A DNA stretch of 38,534 nucleotides, from NCBI GenBank assembly GCA_050049955.1, contig JASFVG010000001.1, forward strand, positions 1 to 38,534, written 5' to 3'. Source of the DNA: Anaerolineae bacterium (GTDB lineage: Bacteria; Chloroflexota; Anaerolineae; B4-G1). The notes below the pieces were generated by a model. It searched no databases. It worked only from the letters and a program-made list of their open reading frames with translations, and was not told the origin of the DNA. Within the stretch, counting starts at the first letter, position 1; each line of letters starts with the position of its first letter. This document shows, piece by piece, positions 25,303 through 34,950 of this stretch. The translations under genes and the position numbers were made by a program.

Positions 25303-26319
25303 TTACTCATCCTTGGATTCGCTGGGTGCTCGCCGGAGACGAGTGGCCAGATTGCCCAAGAACATACGGCCAAGCTGTTCGGTGGTGCCAGAGACGCTAC
25401 GCGTGTCGAACGTGCCTTCCTCTGACCATACTCCCTTCCGCCGCTCCCGCATCCAGCGCGATCGACCCTGGGCCGCCTCGGTGACGGCCTCTACCAACGC
25501 CTCTTCGTCTCCCCGGCTTAGCATTCCGCGCAAGCGCATCAGCTCTTCCATCAGTGCATCGAGCCGATGAAGGAGGTTCTCCCGGTTCAGGAACAGTGAT
25601 GGATGTCGCTCGGCGTCGTTGATCGCCTCAGTGGCGTTGACAAAACGGCTTCCGGCAAACTTGCGCATCTCTTCCCATCCCGGGGTGTCGATGGTCGCCC
25701 GCAATAGGGCGATGGTCATCAGGTCAGGTAGCGCCTCCACGCCAGCTTGCAGACCATCGTGTTCGGTCACGTCCATGAAGAGGGGGTGTGCGCCGAGCGC
25801 ATAGGCCAGCCAGGCGCAGACGTCGATCGCCCCACTCGAGGCGCTTGGGGCAGCGGTGAAACAGTAGAGTGCCTCCCTGAGTATGTCCGCACTGGCGTCG
25901 TCGAGACCTTCTAGGTCTCTGAGGCCGACAACCGCCGGATTGGGTATCAGGTGACCGCCGATGAATGAGACGTGCTCCGGCAGGAAGTCATCCGCCCAGC
26001 GGAGCACCGGGGCCTTGAGACGGGCGGTGTCGGTGACCACGGCCCCCCGCTCCAGGTGGGGGGCGATGGCGGCGAATGCTTGCTCTATGCCAGCGAGAGG
26101 CTCGGCGACGATGACCAGATCCGCACCTTCACACGCTGGACCTGGCTTTCGCGATACAGTGTCGAACGCTCCTCGGACCTTTGCCATGTCAGCCGCCGCC
26201 TGGTCCGCGTCGTATCCAATGACTTCGACCGGTTCCTTGTACGCCTGGAGGCCGAACGCCATCGATGCGCTGAAGAGATTGATGCCGATAATCGCGACTC
26301 GATCAGTAGACATGGTCAC
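25303..26319 (-). CDS. Prephenate/arogenate dehydrogenase-like protein with a degenerate dinucleotide-binding loop
   Basis: The layout resembles TyrA: VAIIGINLFSASMAFGL...ADLVIVAEP...VVTDTARLK...FIGGHLIPNP...MDVTEHDGLQAGVEALP. The GxGxxG loop reads G-I-N-L-F-S. There is a ~90-aa charged C-terminal extension. Confidence 0.55.
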   Translation of the reverse strand: MTMSTDRVAIIGINLFSASMAFGLQAYKEPVEVIGYDADQAAADMAKVRGAFDTVSRKPGPACEGADLVIVAEPLAGIEQAFAAIAPHLERGAVVTDTARLKAPVLRWADDFLPEHVSFIGGHLIPNPAVVGLRDLEGLDDASADILREALYCFTAAPSASSGAIDVCAWLAYALGAHPLFMDVTEHDGLQAGVEALPDLMTIALLRATIDTPGWEEMRKFAGSRFVNATEAINDAERHPSLFLNRENLLHRLDALMEELMRLRGMLSRGDEEALVEAVTEAAQGRSRWMRERRKGVWSEEGTFDTRSVSGTTEQLGRMFLGNLATRLRRAPSESKDE

Positions 26320-26416
26320 CTCACTTCATCAAACGAGATGCTTGGCGCGTGCATCCCCGCCCAGTTCCAGCAATCCAGGAAGGGGCCAACCCCGGCCCGC
26401 CGGCTCCTTACCCGGT

Positions 26417-26944
26417 TCAATTCGCACCATCGGCCGCCTGGAGTATGCTAAGCAGGTAACCCTCCGCTGTCTCATCGGAGTCAGCTTGCTCCTCGTGGCG
26501 ACGAATGAGCGCGACAGTCAGAGGTGAGCACCCCGCGTCCTCTGCCCAGCGCGCGCCTATCTCGGCATGCCGGGCGTAGTCGGAGATGGAACGCCACCTG
26601 CCACCCGTCTGACCCCGGTCGGCGCGAGCAAACAGGTCCGGCACAAAGCGCTCCACCAGAACATACAGGCCCCGCTGCCACGCGGGCAGGAGAGCCGCGG
26701 CCTTGCCCACATCATGCAGCAACGCCGCCGCCAGGAGATCCTGCGAGCTATGCCCCTCGCGGCATAGCGTGTCGTACACGGTGAGCGCGTGTGCCTGGTC
26801 CTGAGGTAGCTGTCGGGCGAACAAAGCTCGCGCCCGTGGAGTCAGGATCCGGGTTGCCTGGTCGATCCGCTGCTCCGAGATGTTGCGCCGAGCGGTCAGG
26901 GCCCGCAGAAATTGCTCGACCCGGTAGCTTACGGCCTTAACCAT
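26417..26944 (-). CDS. HD-domain protein (putative metal-dependent phosphohydrolase)
   Basis: AHALTVYD...AAALLHDVGKAA...HAEIGARW. It lies 8 nt downstream of the M50 gene. Confidence 0.65.
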   Translation of the reverse strand: MVKAVSYRVEQFLRALTARRNISEQRIDQATRILTPRARALFARQLPQDQAHALTVYDTLCREGHSSQDLLAAALLHDVGKAAALLPAWQRGLYVLVERFVPDLFARADRGQTGGRWRSISDYARHAEIGARWAEDAGCSPLTVALIRRHEEQADSDETAEGYLLSILQAADGAN

Positions 26945-26952
26945 GCGTCAGG

Positions 26953-27591
26953 TCAGTAGACAAGCAATGCCCGGACCATGAAGTTCATGAGCGGGTTCAT
27001 GACGAAGCCGAGCAAGCCTAGCCTGGACAGGAGATACAGCGCCAGCATGAGTCCTGGTCCGCCGTAGCGCTCCAGTTGTTCCAGCCGTGACGCCCATCTG
27101 CCTGGCAGTAGCCAGGCAAGGATGCGCGAGCCATCAAGTGGCGGGAACGGAATCAGATTGAAGAGCATAAGGGCCAGATTGATGGTAATGAACTGGATCA
27201 GAATGGCCTGCCAGCTGATGGTCGAAGCGGCACGGCTCAGGCTGAGGAGGCCGAGCCGGAACGGAATCGCCGCCAGCATGGCGAGCAGCAGGTTAGATAG
27301 CGGGCCGGCGACGCTCACCAGTGCATGGCTGCCCCGCCTATTGCCACGCAGGCGGTAGGGATTGACTGGCACCGGTTTGCCCCACCCAAACCCGACAAGT
27401 GCCAAGGTAAGGGTCCCAATGGGGTCGAGATGGGCCAGAGGGTTGATGGTCAGTCGCCCCCGGCGAGCGGCAGTGTCATCGCCAAGTTGAAAGGCCGTCC
27501 ACGCGTGCGCCCACTCGTGGATGGGCATACTGGTCAAGAAGAGAATGGCTAGCGAAATGAGGCGGTTCGGATCGAGAAGATCGCCGAGCAA
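26953..27591 (-). CDS. M50-family (site-2 protease-like) intramembrane metalloprotease
   Basis: HExxH in MPIHEWAHAWTAF, and NLIPFPPLDGSRIL (NxxPxxxLDG) in a later TM segment. The ORF is open to ATG 27753. I prefer TTG 27591, which is preceded by AAAGGTG (7-nt spacer) and lies downstream of a TGcTATAAT box. Confidence 0.8.
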   Translation of the reverse strand: MLGDLLDPNRLISLAILFLTSMPIHEWAHAWTAFQLGDDTAARRGRLTINPLAHLDPIGTLTLALVGFGWGKPVPVNPYRLRGNRRGSHALVSVAGPLSNLLLAMLAAIPFRLGLLSLSRAASTISWQAILIQFITINLALMLFNLIPFPPLDGSRILAWLLPGRWASRLEQLERYGGPGLMLALYLLSRLGLLGFVMNPLMNFMVRALLVY

Positions 27592-27681
27592 AGTCCTACA
27601 CCTTTCCAAGTAATAATGAGCACGGCGAGTTGCCTGGGAACCGGTGTGCCCGCCGTGATCCTGTTGTCTGAGAGCCGATGG

Positions 27682-27690
27682 ATTATAGCA
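27682..27690 (-). promoter_or_regulatory. Candidate extended -10 promoter (TGcTATAAT) for the M50/HD genes
   Basis: The minus strand reads gcgTGCTATAATcc. No good -35 box is present. Confidence 0.35.
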
Positions 27691-27872
27691 CGCTTGAACC
27701 AAGGTAGCGAATAGTGGTCTCGAAAGAGCGGACTTACGGGCACACTGTGGCACCGTGCGGTGGACGTCTGCTGAGCCCTGCGGCGCCGGAGACAGGCATC
27801 ACGGCCCAGTCGGGGAGGCAGAGAGCGGGGTCTGGCGTCAGCCGACCCCAGAGCGAGCCCAGCCGAATCCAC

Positions 27873-29378
27873 TCAGGGCCTTGGTCCGTCCGCCTGGCTC
27901 ACTACCTGCTGGACCTTGGCTTGATTCAGAATCAGTTCGGTGACCGCCGTCGCCAATCCCACGACAAGCCAGAAGAGGGTAACGGAGTGGTGGAAGTCGA
28001 GGTTGAAGATGTAGTGGTCGAAGATGCCGCTCGCCAGGGCTCCGATGATGCTGGCGTGGAGTCCCCACCACAGCGGCTCCAAATCGCTGCCTGCGGCGAG
28101 CTCACGAACTCGAAAGAAGCGGGCGAACAGTGCGACCATCACGACCAGGAAGCTGGTCAGGCCGATCAACCCCATCTCCTCTGCGATCAGGAGATACACG
28201 TTGGCGACACCGATATAGGTGTCGATGTCAGGGGAGCCCGCGAACCCGACGCCGAGCAGCGGGTGGCGACCGATCAGAATCAGGGCATCCTTGTACTCGC
28301 CCATTCGCATCTGAGTCGCCAGGTCCTCGAACTGGAACCCCTCAATGAAGTGCGCGACCAGAGCCTGCGTCTGCGGCAGAAGGAGCATGAGCAACAGCGC
28401 CACCGCGAGCAACGCCCACAGTCTGCGATAGCGGAGGGTGGCCAGAGTGAGGAGGGCGGCTCCCAAACCAACCATGGCACCACGGCTCATTGTCAGGCCA
28501 AGGCACAATGCCATGACGCCCAGCATAGGTATCAAGACGCGCCGGCGGATGAGGGGCTTCCGGTCGAAGAGCTGAGGCACACTGGCGGCCAGCGTCAAGT
28601 TGAGAAGACTGCCGAGCACGTTGGGGTCGACGGACGTAGACGTGGCGCGCATGGGGAGCTCGGGGTTATCACGGATGTACCGCAGGACGCCCGGACCGGT
28701 GGGATAGCCGAGCCTTCCCAGCGCCGATAGGGCCCGCATGACGAAAGCCGCCGATATCTGATCCGCGATGACGTAGAGCACAATGCCAAGCAGAGCTGAG
28801 GCGAAAGCGGCGATGATTAGCACCCGTACCACGCTTCGTACCCGGGCGGCGCGCTTCACCGTATTGACCACCAAGAAGAACAGCGCCACGCTCAGCAGCA
28901 CTTCGGCGAAGTGGCGAACGTAGTACTGGAGGAATCCGAGGGCTAGGGGAACGTGGGCCAGGCCGAAGACGAACGACCCAACCGCCAGCAGCATAAAGGC
29001 GATGATTGGAGGCCCCAAAGGCGTCGCGACCAGAATGCTCTGGTTTCCACCGGCGATCTGGAGCAGCCAGATGAGGAACAGTGCCCCGAGCGCCGCGTCA
29101 AGGAGCGTGGGCGTGAAGCCGATGTCGAACGGAAACGAGGCAAACGGAAGCAAGCAGGTCACGCCAATGACGGACCAGTACGCGACCTCGATATCCTGCA
29201 GCATCCACAGGCCCAGGAACAGGACTGCCAGGCCGGCCCCGGCTATGAGTGGGCCGACCTCCGCCAGGAGGTAGCCGACGGCGAGTGCCAGTCCCGCGCA
29301 GAGCACCAGCGTCGCCAGTGAGGAAAGCCAGCGATATCGAGAGGCGAAGACTCGGTAGAGCCAATCGTGTGAGGTCAT
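27873..29378 (-). CDS. O-antigen ligase/polymerase-like (Wzy_C family) polytopic membrane protein
   Basis: 501 aa with at least 10 hydrophobic segments, and the central loop LGLTMSRGAMVGLGAALL typical of O-antigen ligase domains. Confidence 0.7.
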   Translation of the reverse strand: MTSHDWLYRVFASRYRWLSSLATLVLCAGLALAVGYLLAEVGPLIAGAGLAVLFLGLWMLQDIEVAYWSVIGVTCLLPFASFPFDIGFTPTLLDAALGALFLIWLLQIAGGNQSILVATPLGPPIIAFMLLAVGSFVFGLAHVPLALGFLQYYVRHFAEVLLSVALFFLVVNTVKRAARVRSVVRVLIIAAFASALLGIVLYVIADQISAAFVMRALSALGRLGYPTGPGVLRYIRDNPELPMRATSTSVDPNVLGSLLNLTLAASVPQLFDRKPLIRRRVLIPMLGVMALCLGLTMSRGAMVGLGAALLTLATLRYRRLWALLAVALLLMLLLPQTQALVAHFIEGFQFEDLATQMRMGEYKDALILIGRHPLLGVGFAGSPDIDTYIGVANVYLLIAEEMGLIGLTSFLVVMVALFARFFRVRELAAGSDLEPLWWGLHASIIGALASGIFDHYIFNLDFHHSVTLFWLVVGLATAVTELILNQAKVQQVVSQADGPRP

Positions 29379-29464
29379 CGCGGCAGATCAAGAACCTGGC
29401 CGGTCAGCGATCCTGAGGCCGAGAGCCATGGAGGCCGATCGCGTGGCAACTCCTTGCGGGGCGG

Positions 29465-29492
29465 ATTCTACCGGCTTTGCCGCCCCATGCAA
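29465..29492 (-). promoter_or_regulatory. Candidate promoter (TTGCAT-16-TAGAAT) for the O-antigen-ligase-like gene
   Basis: The minus strand reads TTGCATggggcggcaaagccggTAGAAT. It is embedded in a GGGGCGG...CCGCCCC inverted repeat just after the dinB stop. Confidence 0.3.
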
Positions 29493-29495
29493 GTT

Positions 29496-30638
29496 TCAGA
29501 ACAGCGGTAGTTGACCTGTGGGCAGCGTCAGATGGTCGGCCCCCACGCCCAGCAGCCGCACGGCACGGTCTCGCTCCCAGGTCTGATCGAGCAATACGAG
29601 GGCTGCCCGGTATATCCTCACGGCGTCGTCGGCTGGCACGTCCAGGCTCATCTGGCGGGTGAGCGTCTCGAAGTTGTCGTAGCGCAGCTTGATCGCAATC
29701 GTCCCGGCCACCACCCCTGCCCGCTCCAGCCTTCGCGCCACGCCCTGGCTCAGGTGCCACAGGTGTTTCTTCAGTACCTTCATCTCCCGGAGGTCCCGGC
29801 TGAAAGTCATCTCCCGGCTCACCGACTTCCGCTCGTGCGCCGTGACCACCGGGCGCCGGTCGATGCCCCTCGCCCGCTCTGCCATCGCTTTTCCGTAGTC
29901 TCCGAACCGCGCCAGCAGCAGTTCTTGAGACATACCGGCCAGGTCGCCGACCGTAGCAACGCCCATACGGTCTAGCTTCTCCGCCGTGACTGGCCCAATG
30001 CCCCAGAGGACTTGCACCGGCAGCGGTGCCAGGAAGGCGGCCTCTTCGCCGGGATGCACGGCCGTCAACCCGGCGGGTTTGTCATGGTCTGAGGCCACTT
30101 TGGCGACCAGCTTGTTGGTCGCTACCCCGAGTGAGGCCGACAGGCCAACCTCAGCCTGCACTCGCTCCTGCAGTTGGTGCGCGATCTCCACGGCCTCTTG
30201 CCACTCACTCACTTGCGCCGTCACATCGAGGTAGGCTTCGTCGATGCTCACTCGCTCCAGCAGCGGGGTGGTGTCGTACAGTATCGTCATCACGCGGCGA
30301 GAGTATGCTCGGTAAAGGTCGAAGCGCGGCGGCAGTACAACGGCGTCCGGACAGAGACGGACAGCCCGGTACATTGGCATCGCCGAGTGGATCCCGTACG
30401 CACGGGCGGCGTAGGACGCGGTTGCCACCACGCCGCGACTCTCAGGGCGCCCGCCGACCAGGATGGGCTTGCCTGCCAGCTCGGGGTTCTCCAGCATCTC
30501 CACGGCGGCGTAGAAGGCATCCAGATCCAGGTGGATGATAGCGCGATACCGTTCTGGGGTGGGCGTGTTCCCCCGGTCGGCTGCAGGTTCCCGAGCGGCT
30601 GGCTCAACGTCCAGGGGCAGCTTGGATGCCTGTCTCAC
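29496..30638 (-). CDS. dinB: DNA polymerase IV (Y-family)
   Basis: IIHLDLDAFYAAVEMLENPELAGKPILVGG..RGVVATASYAARAYGIHSAMPM...SIDEAYLDVT. The GTG start overlaps the topA stop (GTGA). Confidence 0.9.
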   Translation of the reverse strand: MRQASKLPLDVEPAAREPAADRGNTPTPERYRAIIHLDLDAFYAAVEMLENPELAGKPILVGGRPESRGVVATASYAARAYGIHSAMPMYRAVRLCPDAVVLPPRFDLYRAYSRRVMTILYDTTPLLERVSIDEAYLDVTAQVSEWQEAVEIAHQLQERVQAEVGLSASLGVATNKLVAKVASDHDKPAGLTAVHPGEEAAFLAPLPVQVLWGIGPVTAEKLDRMGVATVGDLAGMSQELLLARFGDYGKAMAERARGIDRRPVVTAHERKSVSREMTFSRDLREMKVLKKHLWHLSQGVARRLERAGVVAGTIAIKLRYDNFETLTRQMSLDVPADDAVRIYRAALVLLDQTWERDRAVRLLGVGADHLTLPTGQLPLF

Positions 30639-32821
30639 CGTGCTGGCCTCCTCTCGACCCCTTCTACCTCAGGCTGCTGGCGGTGCCGGCAATCGGGGTA
30701 GTTGGAGCAACCCCAAAACAACCTGGTCTTTCCCCTGCGAGGAACCAGGTCCCCCCCGCATTTGGGACACGTACCAACCGCCACGGGGGCGCTCCATCTG
30801 CATTCAGGGTAGTTCGAGCAGGCTCGGAAGCGCCCGTGCTTCCCCCGGCGGATGACCACTACTCCACCGCACTGTGGACAGGTCTCGTCGGTGGGCGCCG
30901 CCGGTCGCCTCTCGCCCTCTAGAGGCGAGGTCCATTTGCACCTGGGGTACGCGGAACAGCCCTTGAACTTGCCGTACTTGCCCTCTCGAACGACCAGGAC
31001 CGCGCCGCAGCGGGGGCACGTCTCGCCGGAGGGTTCCTTGCTGTCACCTTTGCTCGGCACGCTGATGGTTGTGTTGCGCGCGGCTTCCTGCGCTGCCGCC
31101 AGCGCCTCTTCAAAGGGCGTGTAGAATGCACTCAACACCTCGACCCGCGACTGCTCGCCCCGGGCAATGCGATCAAGGCCCTCTTCCATCTCGGCCGTGA
31201 AGGCGACGCCGAAGAGATCGGGAAACATCTCCACCAGGAAGTCGCAGACCACGAAGCCCAGTGGCTCGGAGAGGATCGACCTCCCCTCCCGCCGGACGTA
31301 CTTTCGCTTGAACAGTGTGCCGACGATTGCCGCGTAGGTGCTGGGACGGCCGATTCCCCGCTTCTCCAGCTCCTTGATGAGACTTGCCTCAGTAAAGTGT
31401 GAGGGTGGTTCGGAGTAGCGCTGTTCGGGGATCACGTCGTGCAGCAGAAGCGGCTCGGCGACCATAAGTGTGGGGAGGTCCTGATTGGCAGCTCCCAGTT
31501 GATGGCTCGATCGCTGCGACCACTGAACCGGGTAGACTTCCATGAAGCCCTTGAACAGCAGCTCCCGCCCGCTGGCCCGGAATAGGTAAGGCAGGTCCTG
31601 CCCGTCGCGCGCGCAGACGATGTCCACGGTCGTGTCGCGGTATACGGCGGGTTTCATCTGGCTGGCGATGAACCGTCGCCAGACCCACTCATAGAGCTTC
31701 GCTTGGTCGGACGTCAAGTGCGCCTGCAGCCTCTTGGGCGTGCGCTGGCAGGATGTCGGACGAATCGCCTCGTGGGCCTCTTGGGCGACCTTCGACTTGG
31801 TCTCATAGTGTGGTGGTCTTCTGGGAAGGAGTTCATCACCCCAGAACTGGGCAATCACCTGGCGCGCCTCCGACTGTGCTGAGTCGGCCACGTGGGTACT
31901 GTCGGTCCGCATGTAGGTGATCAGGCCAGTCGTACCTTCGTCGGGCAGATCGATCCCTTCATAGAGCTGCTGGGCCACGCGCATAGTCCTGCTGGCCCCC
32001 CAATGGAGCTTTCGGGCGGCGTCGCGCTGCAGCGTCGTGGTCGTGTAAGGAGGATGTGGAGCCCGTTTCGCCTGCTCTCGGTCGACCTTCTGAACGCGGT
32101 ACTCTGCTGTGCTGATCAGGTCGGCGAGCGGCCGCACGTCAGTCTCAGTTCGGAGCTCAGCCTTCTCCCCGTTGACCTCCACCAGCCGCGCCATGAAGCG
32201 GTGATCCGGTTCAGGGATCCTCGACAGCTCTACCGCCAGCAGCCAGTACTCCTCAGGGTCGAAGTCCTCGATGGACCGGTCGCGCTCGACCACCAGCCGG
32301 AGTGCGACGGTCTGCACGCGCCCGGCAGAGAGGCCCTTGCGCCCTTTGATGGCTTTCCACAGAACCGGACTGACCTGATAGCCGACCAGCCGGTCCAGGA
32401 TGCGCCGTGTCTGTTGAGCGTCTACCAGGTCTGTGCTGAGGGCGCCAGGATTGGCAAGGGCAGCCCGCACCGCCTGAGCCGTGATCTCGTGAAAGGTGAC
32501 GCGGAGTGGCTTCTCCCCCTTCAGCCCGGGCCTAATCGCCTCGACGATGTGCCACGCGATGGCCTCCCCCTCGCGGTCGGGGTCGGTGGCCAAGTAGACG
32601 GCGTCAGCCTGGCTGGCAGCCTCCCTGATGCGGTTCGCCACCTTCTTCCCGCCGCGGCGGTACCGGTAGGTGGGGCGGAACCGATGTGCCACATCCACGC
32701 CCAACTCCTTTGGGGGGAGGTCGCGAATGTGCCCCATCGAGGCCAACACGCTGTAGCCGCGGCCCAGGAAGCCGCTCAGGGCCCTTGCCTTGGTCGGGGA
32801 CTCAACGATGACTAGATCCAA
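30635..32821 (-). CDS. topA: DNA topoisomerase I
   Basis: Toprim LVIVESPTKARALSGFLG...MGHIRDLP, the active-site region GLITYMRTDS, and three C-terminal Zn ribbons (CPRCGAVLVVREGKYGKFKGCSAYPRCKW and two others). I chose TTG 32821, giving (M)DLVIVESPTKA. The ORF is open to 33007. Confidence 0.9.
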   Translation of the reverse strand: MDLVIVESPTKARALSGFLGRGYSVLASMGHIRDLPPKELGVDVAHRFRPTYRYRRGGKKVANRIREAASQADAVYLATDPDREGEAIAWHIVEAIRPGLKGEKPLRVTFHEITAQAVRAALANPGALSTDLVDAQQTRRILDRLVGYQVSPVLWKAIKGRKGLSAGRVQTVALRLVVERDRSIEDFDPEEYWLLAVELSRIPEPDHRFMARLVEVNGEKAELRTETDVRPLADLISTAEYRVQKVDREQAKRAPHPPYTTTTLQRDAARKLHWGASRTMRVAQQLYEGIDLPDEGTTGLITYMRTDSTHVADSAQSEARQVIAQFWGDELLPRRPPHYETKSKVAQEAHEAIRPTSCQRTPKRLQAHLTSDQAKLYEWVWRRFIASQMKPAVYRDTTVDIVCARDGQDLPYLFRASGRELLFKGFMEVYPVQWSQRSSHQLGAANQDLPTLMVAEPLLLHDVIPEQRYSEPPSHFTEASLIKELEKRGIGRPSTYAAIVGTLFKRKYVRREGRSILSEPLGFVVCDFLVEMFPDLFGVAFTAEMEEGLDRIARGEQSRVEVLSAFYTPFEEALAAAQEAARNTTISVPSKGDSKEPSGETCPRCGAVLVVREGKYGKFKGCSAYPRCKWTSPLEGERRPAAPTDETCPQCGGVVVIRRGKHGRFRACSNYPECRWSAPVAVGTCPKCGGDLVPRRGKTRLFWGCSNYPDCRHRQQPEVEGVERRPAR

Positions 32822-33016
32822 GACCTCGCTCCAGTTCCTCCATAGGATACCACGGGTGTGCGAATCGGAAAACCCGGCACCCAGCGGGCCGCGTCGTCCC
32901 CTTCCCGTCGGAAACCAGCGCGCTTGTGGCGCCAAGGCGCGGCCCAGGATTTGACCGCCCTGCGATTCGGGACCGCGGCTGGATCGTGACCGGACCGAGC
33001 AACCCATTGGCCTGCA

Positions 33017-34708
33017 TCAAGGCGTCATGCTTGGACGGCCTCGACCCCCACGACCAGATCCCTGTCGCAGGTCCTGCAGGTCTATGTAGCGCCGGATGGT
33101 CCCATCCTCAATGGACCACAACCCGGTTGCGAAGCGCTCTACGAAGTAGCGATCGTGGGCCACGACAATCACCGTCCCGTCGAAGGCAGAAAGCCCCCGC
33201 TCGAACTGCTCTCGCGAGGTGATATCCAGGTGGTTGATCGGCTCGTCGAGAAGCAATAAGTTGCACCCGCTTGCCACCAGCTTGGCGAGGGACAGCCGTG
33301 CTCGTTCCCCGAAGCTGAGACTACCCACCGGCACGAACACGTGATCGCCGCTGAATAGGAAGTAATGCAGGAAGCTCCGCGCCTCCGTCTCGCCCATGGA
33401 CGCCACACGTTGGATCTCTTTGAAGGCGTTGCCCTTCTCATCCAGGCCTTCCTGCTCCTGGGAGTAGTAGCCTATGCGGATGTTCGTCCCCAGGGCTATG
33501 CGCCCTTCGAGCGGCTCGACCTGTCCTGCGATGCCACGCAGGAGCGTGGTCTTGCCACTGCCGTTCGCACCCAGCAAGGCCACGCGTTGACCCTGCCGCA
33601 GGGTTATGTTCACACCGCAGAATAGAGACTCTCCGCCATAACCCATCGCCAGATCCTCGAGCAACAGTACATCCTGACCGCTCCTTGGGGTCTCCTCGAA
33701 GCTCAGCTTCATGCTCCAGGAGGGTTGGGGTTTCTCAACGCTGTCCTCCGATCCCAACAACCTCTCCAAGCGCCGCCGCTGCACGACGGCACGCCGGGCC
33801 AATCCCTTGGCGATCTTTCGATAGTGAAAGTGCTGCGTTCCGTGCTCGATCCGGCGGGCGTGTGCGCTAAGCCCGTGGATCTCGGCCTTGAGTCGGGCGG
33901 CGCGCTTCTCTTGCGCCTTGTAGGTCGCCCACTGCTTCTCCAGAGCGCGGTCTTCTGCCTCTCGATAGGCGCTGTAGTTGCCGGCGTAGGCTTTCACCTG
34001 GTGTGTGAGCGGGTCGAACGCCAGGATTCTGTCGACGGTCTGATTAAGGAAGGCGCGGTCGTGGGAGACAATGATGGCGGCGCCAGCGTAGCCAGTCAGG
34101 AAACGCTCCAGCCATTCCAGACCCTCGATGTCCAGGTGATTGGTCGGTTCGTCGAGCAACAGCAGGTTCGGGTCGTCAAGCAGTAGGCGAGCAAGTCCCA
34201 GACGTGTCTTCTGTCCGCCGCTCAGCATGCCCACCGGAGTATCTCGGCTCAGATTGTCGAGGCCGAGCGAGGACAGCGCAGCGTCGATGCGCTGAGGTGC
34301 GCTGTAGCCTCCAGCATGCTCAAACCGAGCCAAGGCCTCGGCGTAGGCATCCATCAGGCCCGGCAGTTCGTCGCGCTCAGCGATGGACATGCGCCGCGTC
34401 ACGTCTGCCACGGCCTGCTCCGCCCCATGCAGATCGCCGATGGTCCGCAACATCACTTCCGCGACGGTGACTTCGTCCTCGAACTGCAGGGTTTGGCCCA
34501 GGTAGCCGATGCGCAGGTCAGGCGGGGTCGTGCGCACGCTGCCCCGATCGGCATGCTCCTCGCCGGCGATGACGCGCAGCAGCGTTGTCTTCCCGCAACC
34601 GTTGGGACCGACCAGACCCACGCGCTCACCCGGGTTGATCACGAAGGAGACGCTGTCCAGGGCGGCATCGCCTCCAAAGGACTTTGACAGAGCGCTCACT
34701 TGAAGCAC
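33017..34708 (-). CDS. ABC-F family ATPase (two ABC domains, no TM domain)
   Basis: LVGPNGCGKTTLL / LSGGQKTRLGLARLL / LLLDEPTNHLD, then an ~80-aa charged linker, then LLGANGSGKTTLL / LSFGERARLSLAKLV / LLLDEPINHLD. GTG 34708 is preceded by GAGGAG (7-nt spacer). The ORF is open to 34888. Confidence 0.88.
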   Translation of the reverse strand: MLQVSALSKSFGGDAALDSVSFVINPGERVGLVGPNGCGKTTLLRVIAGEEHADRGSVRTTPPDLRIGYLGQTLQFEDEVTVAEVMLRTIGDLHGAEQAVADVTRRMSIAERDELPGLMDAYAEALARFEHAGGYSAPQRIDAALSSLGLDNLSRDTPVGMLSGGQKTRLGLARLLLDDPNLLLLDEPTNHLDIEGLEWLERFLTGYAGAAIIVSHDRAFLNQTVDRILAFDPLTHQVKAYAGNYSAYREAEDRALEKQWATYKAQEKRAARLKAEIHGLSAHARRIEHGTQHFHYRKIAKGLARRAVVQRRRLERLLGSEDSVEKPQPSWSMKLSFEETPRSGQDVLLLEDLAMGYGGESLFCGVNITLRQGQRVALLGANGSGKTTLLRGIAGQVEPLEGRIALGTNIRIGYYSQEQEGLDEKGNAFKEIQRVASMGETEARSFLHYFLFSGDHVFVPVGSLSFGERARLSLAKLVASGCNLLLLDEPINHLDITSREQFERGLSAFDGTVIVVAHDRYFVERFATGLWSIEDGTIRRYIDLQDLRQGSGRGGRGRPSMTP

Positions 34709-34775
34709 TGTTCGACTCCTCTGGCGGGAAGCTGTGCGTACTACACCGCCGGAGATCACGGCTGCTGCGGCAAGG

Positions 34776-34814
34776 AAAAAACGAGGCCGCGGGCGCAGTC
34801 GCGGACCCACGGCC
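34776..34814 (-). terminator. Intrinsic terminator-like hairpin plus U6, 68 nt upstream of the ABC-F start codon
   Basis: The minus-strand RNA reads GGCCGUGGGU-CCGCGACUGC-GCCCGCGGCC-UCG-UUUUUU. The stem is 10 bp with 2 G-U pairs. On the plus strand those two pairs would be C-A mismatches, so the structure is specific to the minus strand. Confidence 0.5.
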
Positions 34815-34841
34815 TGATTTGCTGGTTGACTCTGATAGCTA

Positions 34842-34931
34842 TTAAGCGCGGGACGGGGGCGCACCAATTCCGGCAGCACCATCGGCAAAGACCGGATTCA
34901 CGTTCAAGTTGTGCGTCGCAAGCCACCTCAT
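34842..34931 (-). promoter_or_regulatory. Candidate 29-codon leader uORF (MRWLATHNLNVNPVFADGAAGIGAPPSRA*)
   Basis: ATG 34931 is preceded by GGAAAG (7-nt spacer). The TAA stop lies 27 nt before the terminator stem. There is no evidence that it is translated. Confidence 0.2.
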
Positions 34932-34950
34932 CAAGGGTCTTTCCATCGAT

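Noticed and set aside
27561-27578. GGTTCGGATC resembling a tRNA T-loop.
   Set aside because: The flanks cannot form a T-stem or the rest of a cloverleaf, and the motif lies inside the M50 coding region. No tRNA-like structures were seen elsewhere.
32822-33007. N-terminal extensions implied by the ORF track: topA to 33007, ABC-F to 34888, M50 to 27753, yidD to 19658, yidC to 18100, UDG to 12074, and the Cys-repeat protein to 12546.
   Set aside because: The extensions carry no homology. In most cases the internal start aligns with the conserved family N-terminus and has an SD or promoter just upstream, although yidD and yidC lack an obvious SD. Some extensions would overlap the upstream gene or a putative promoter.
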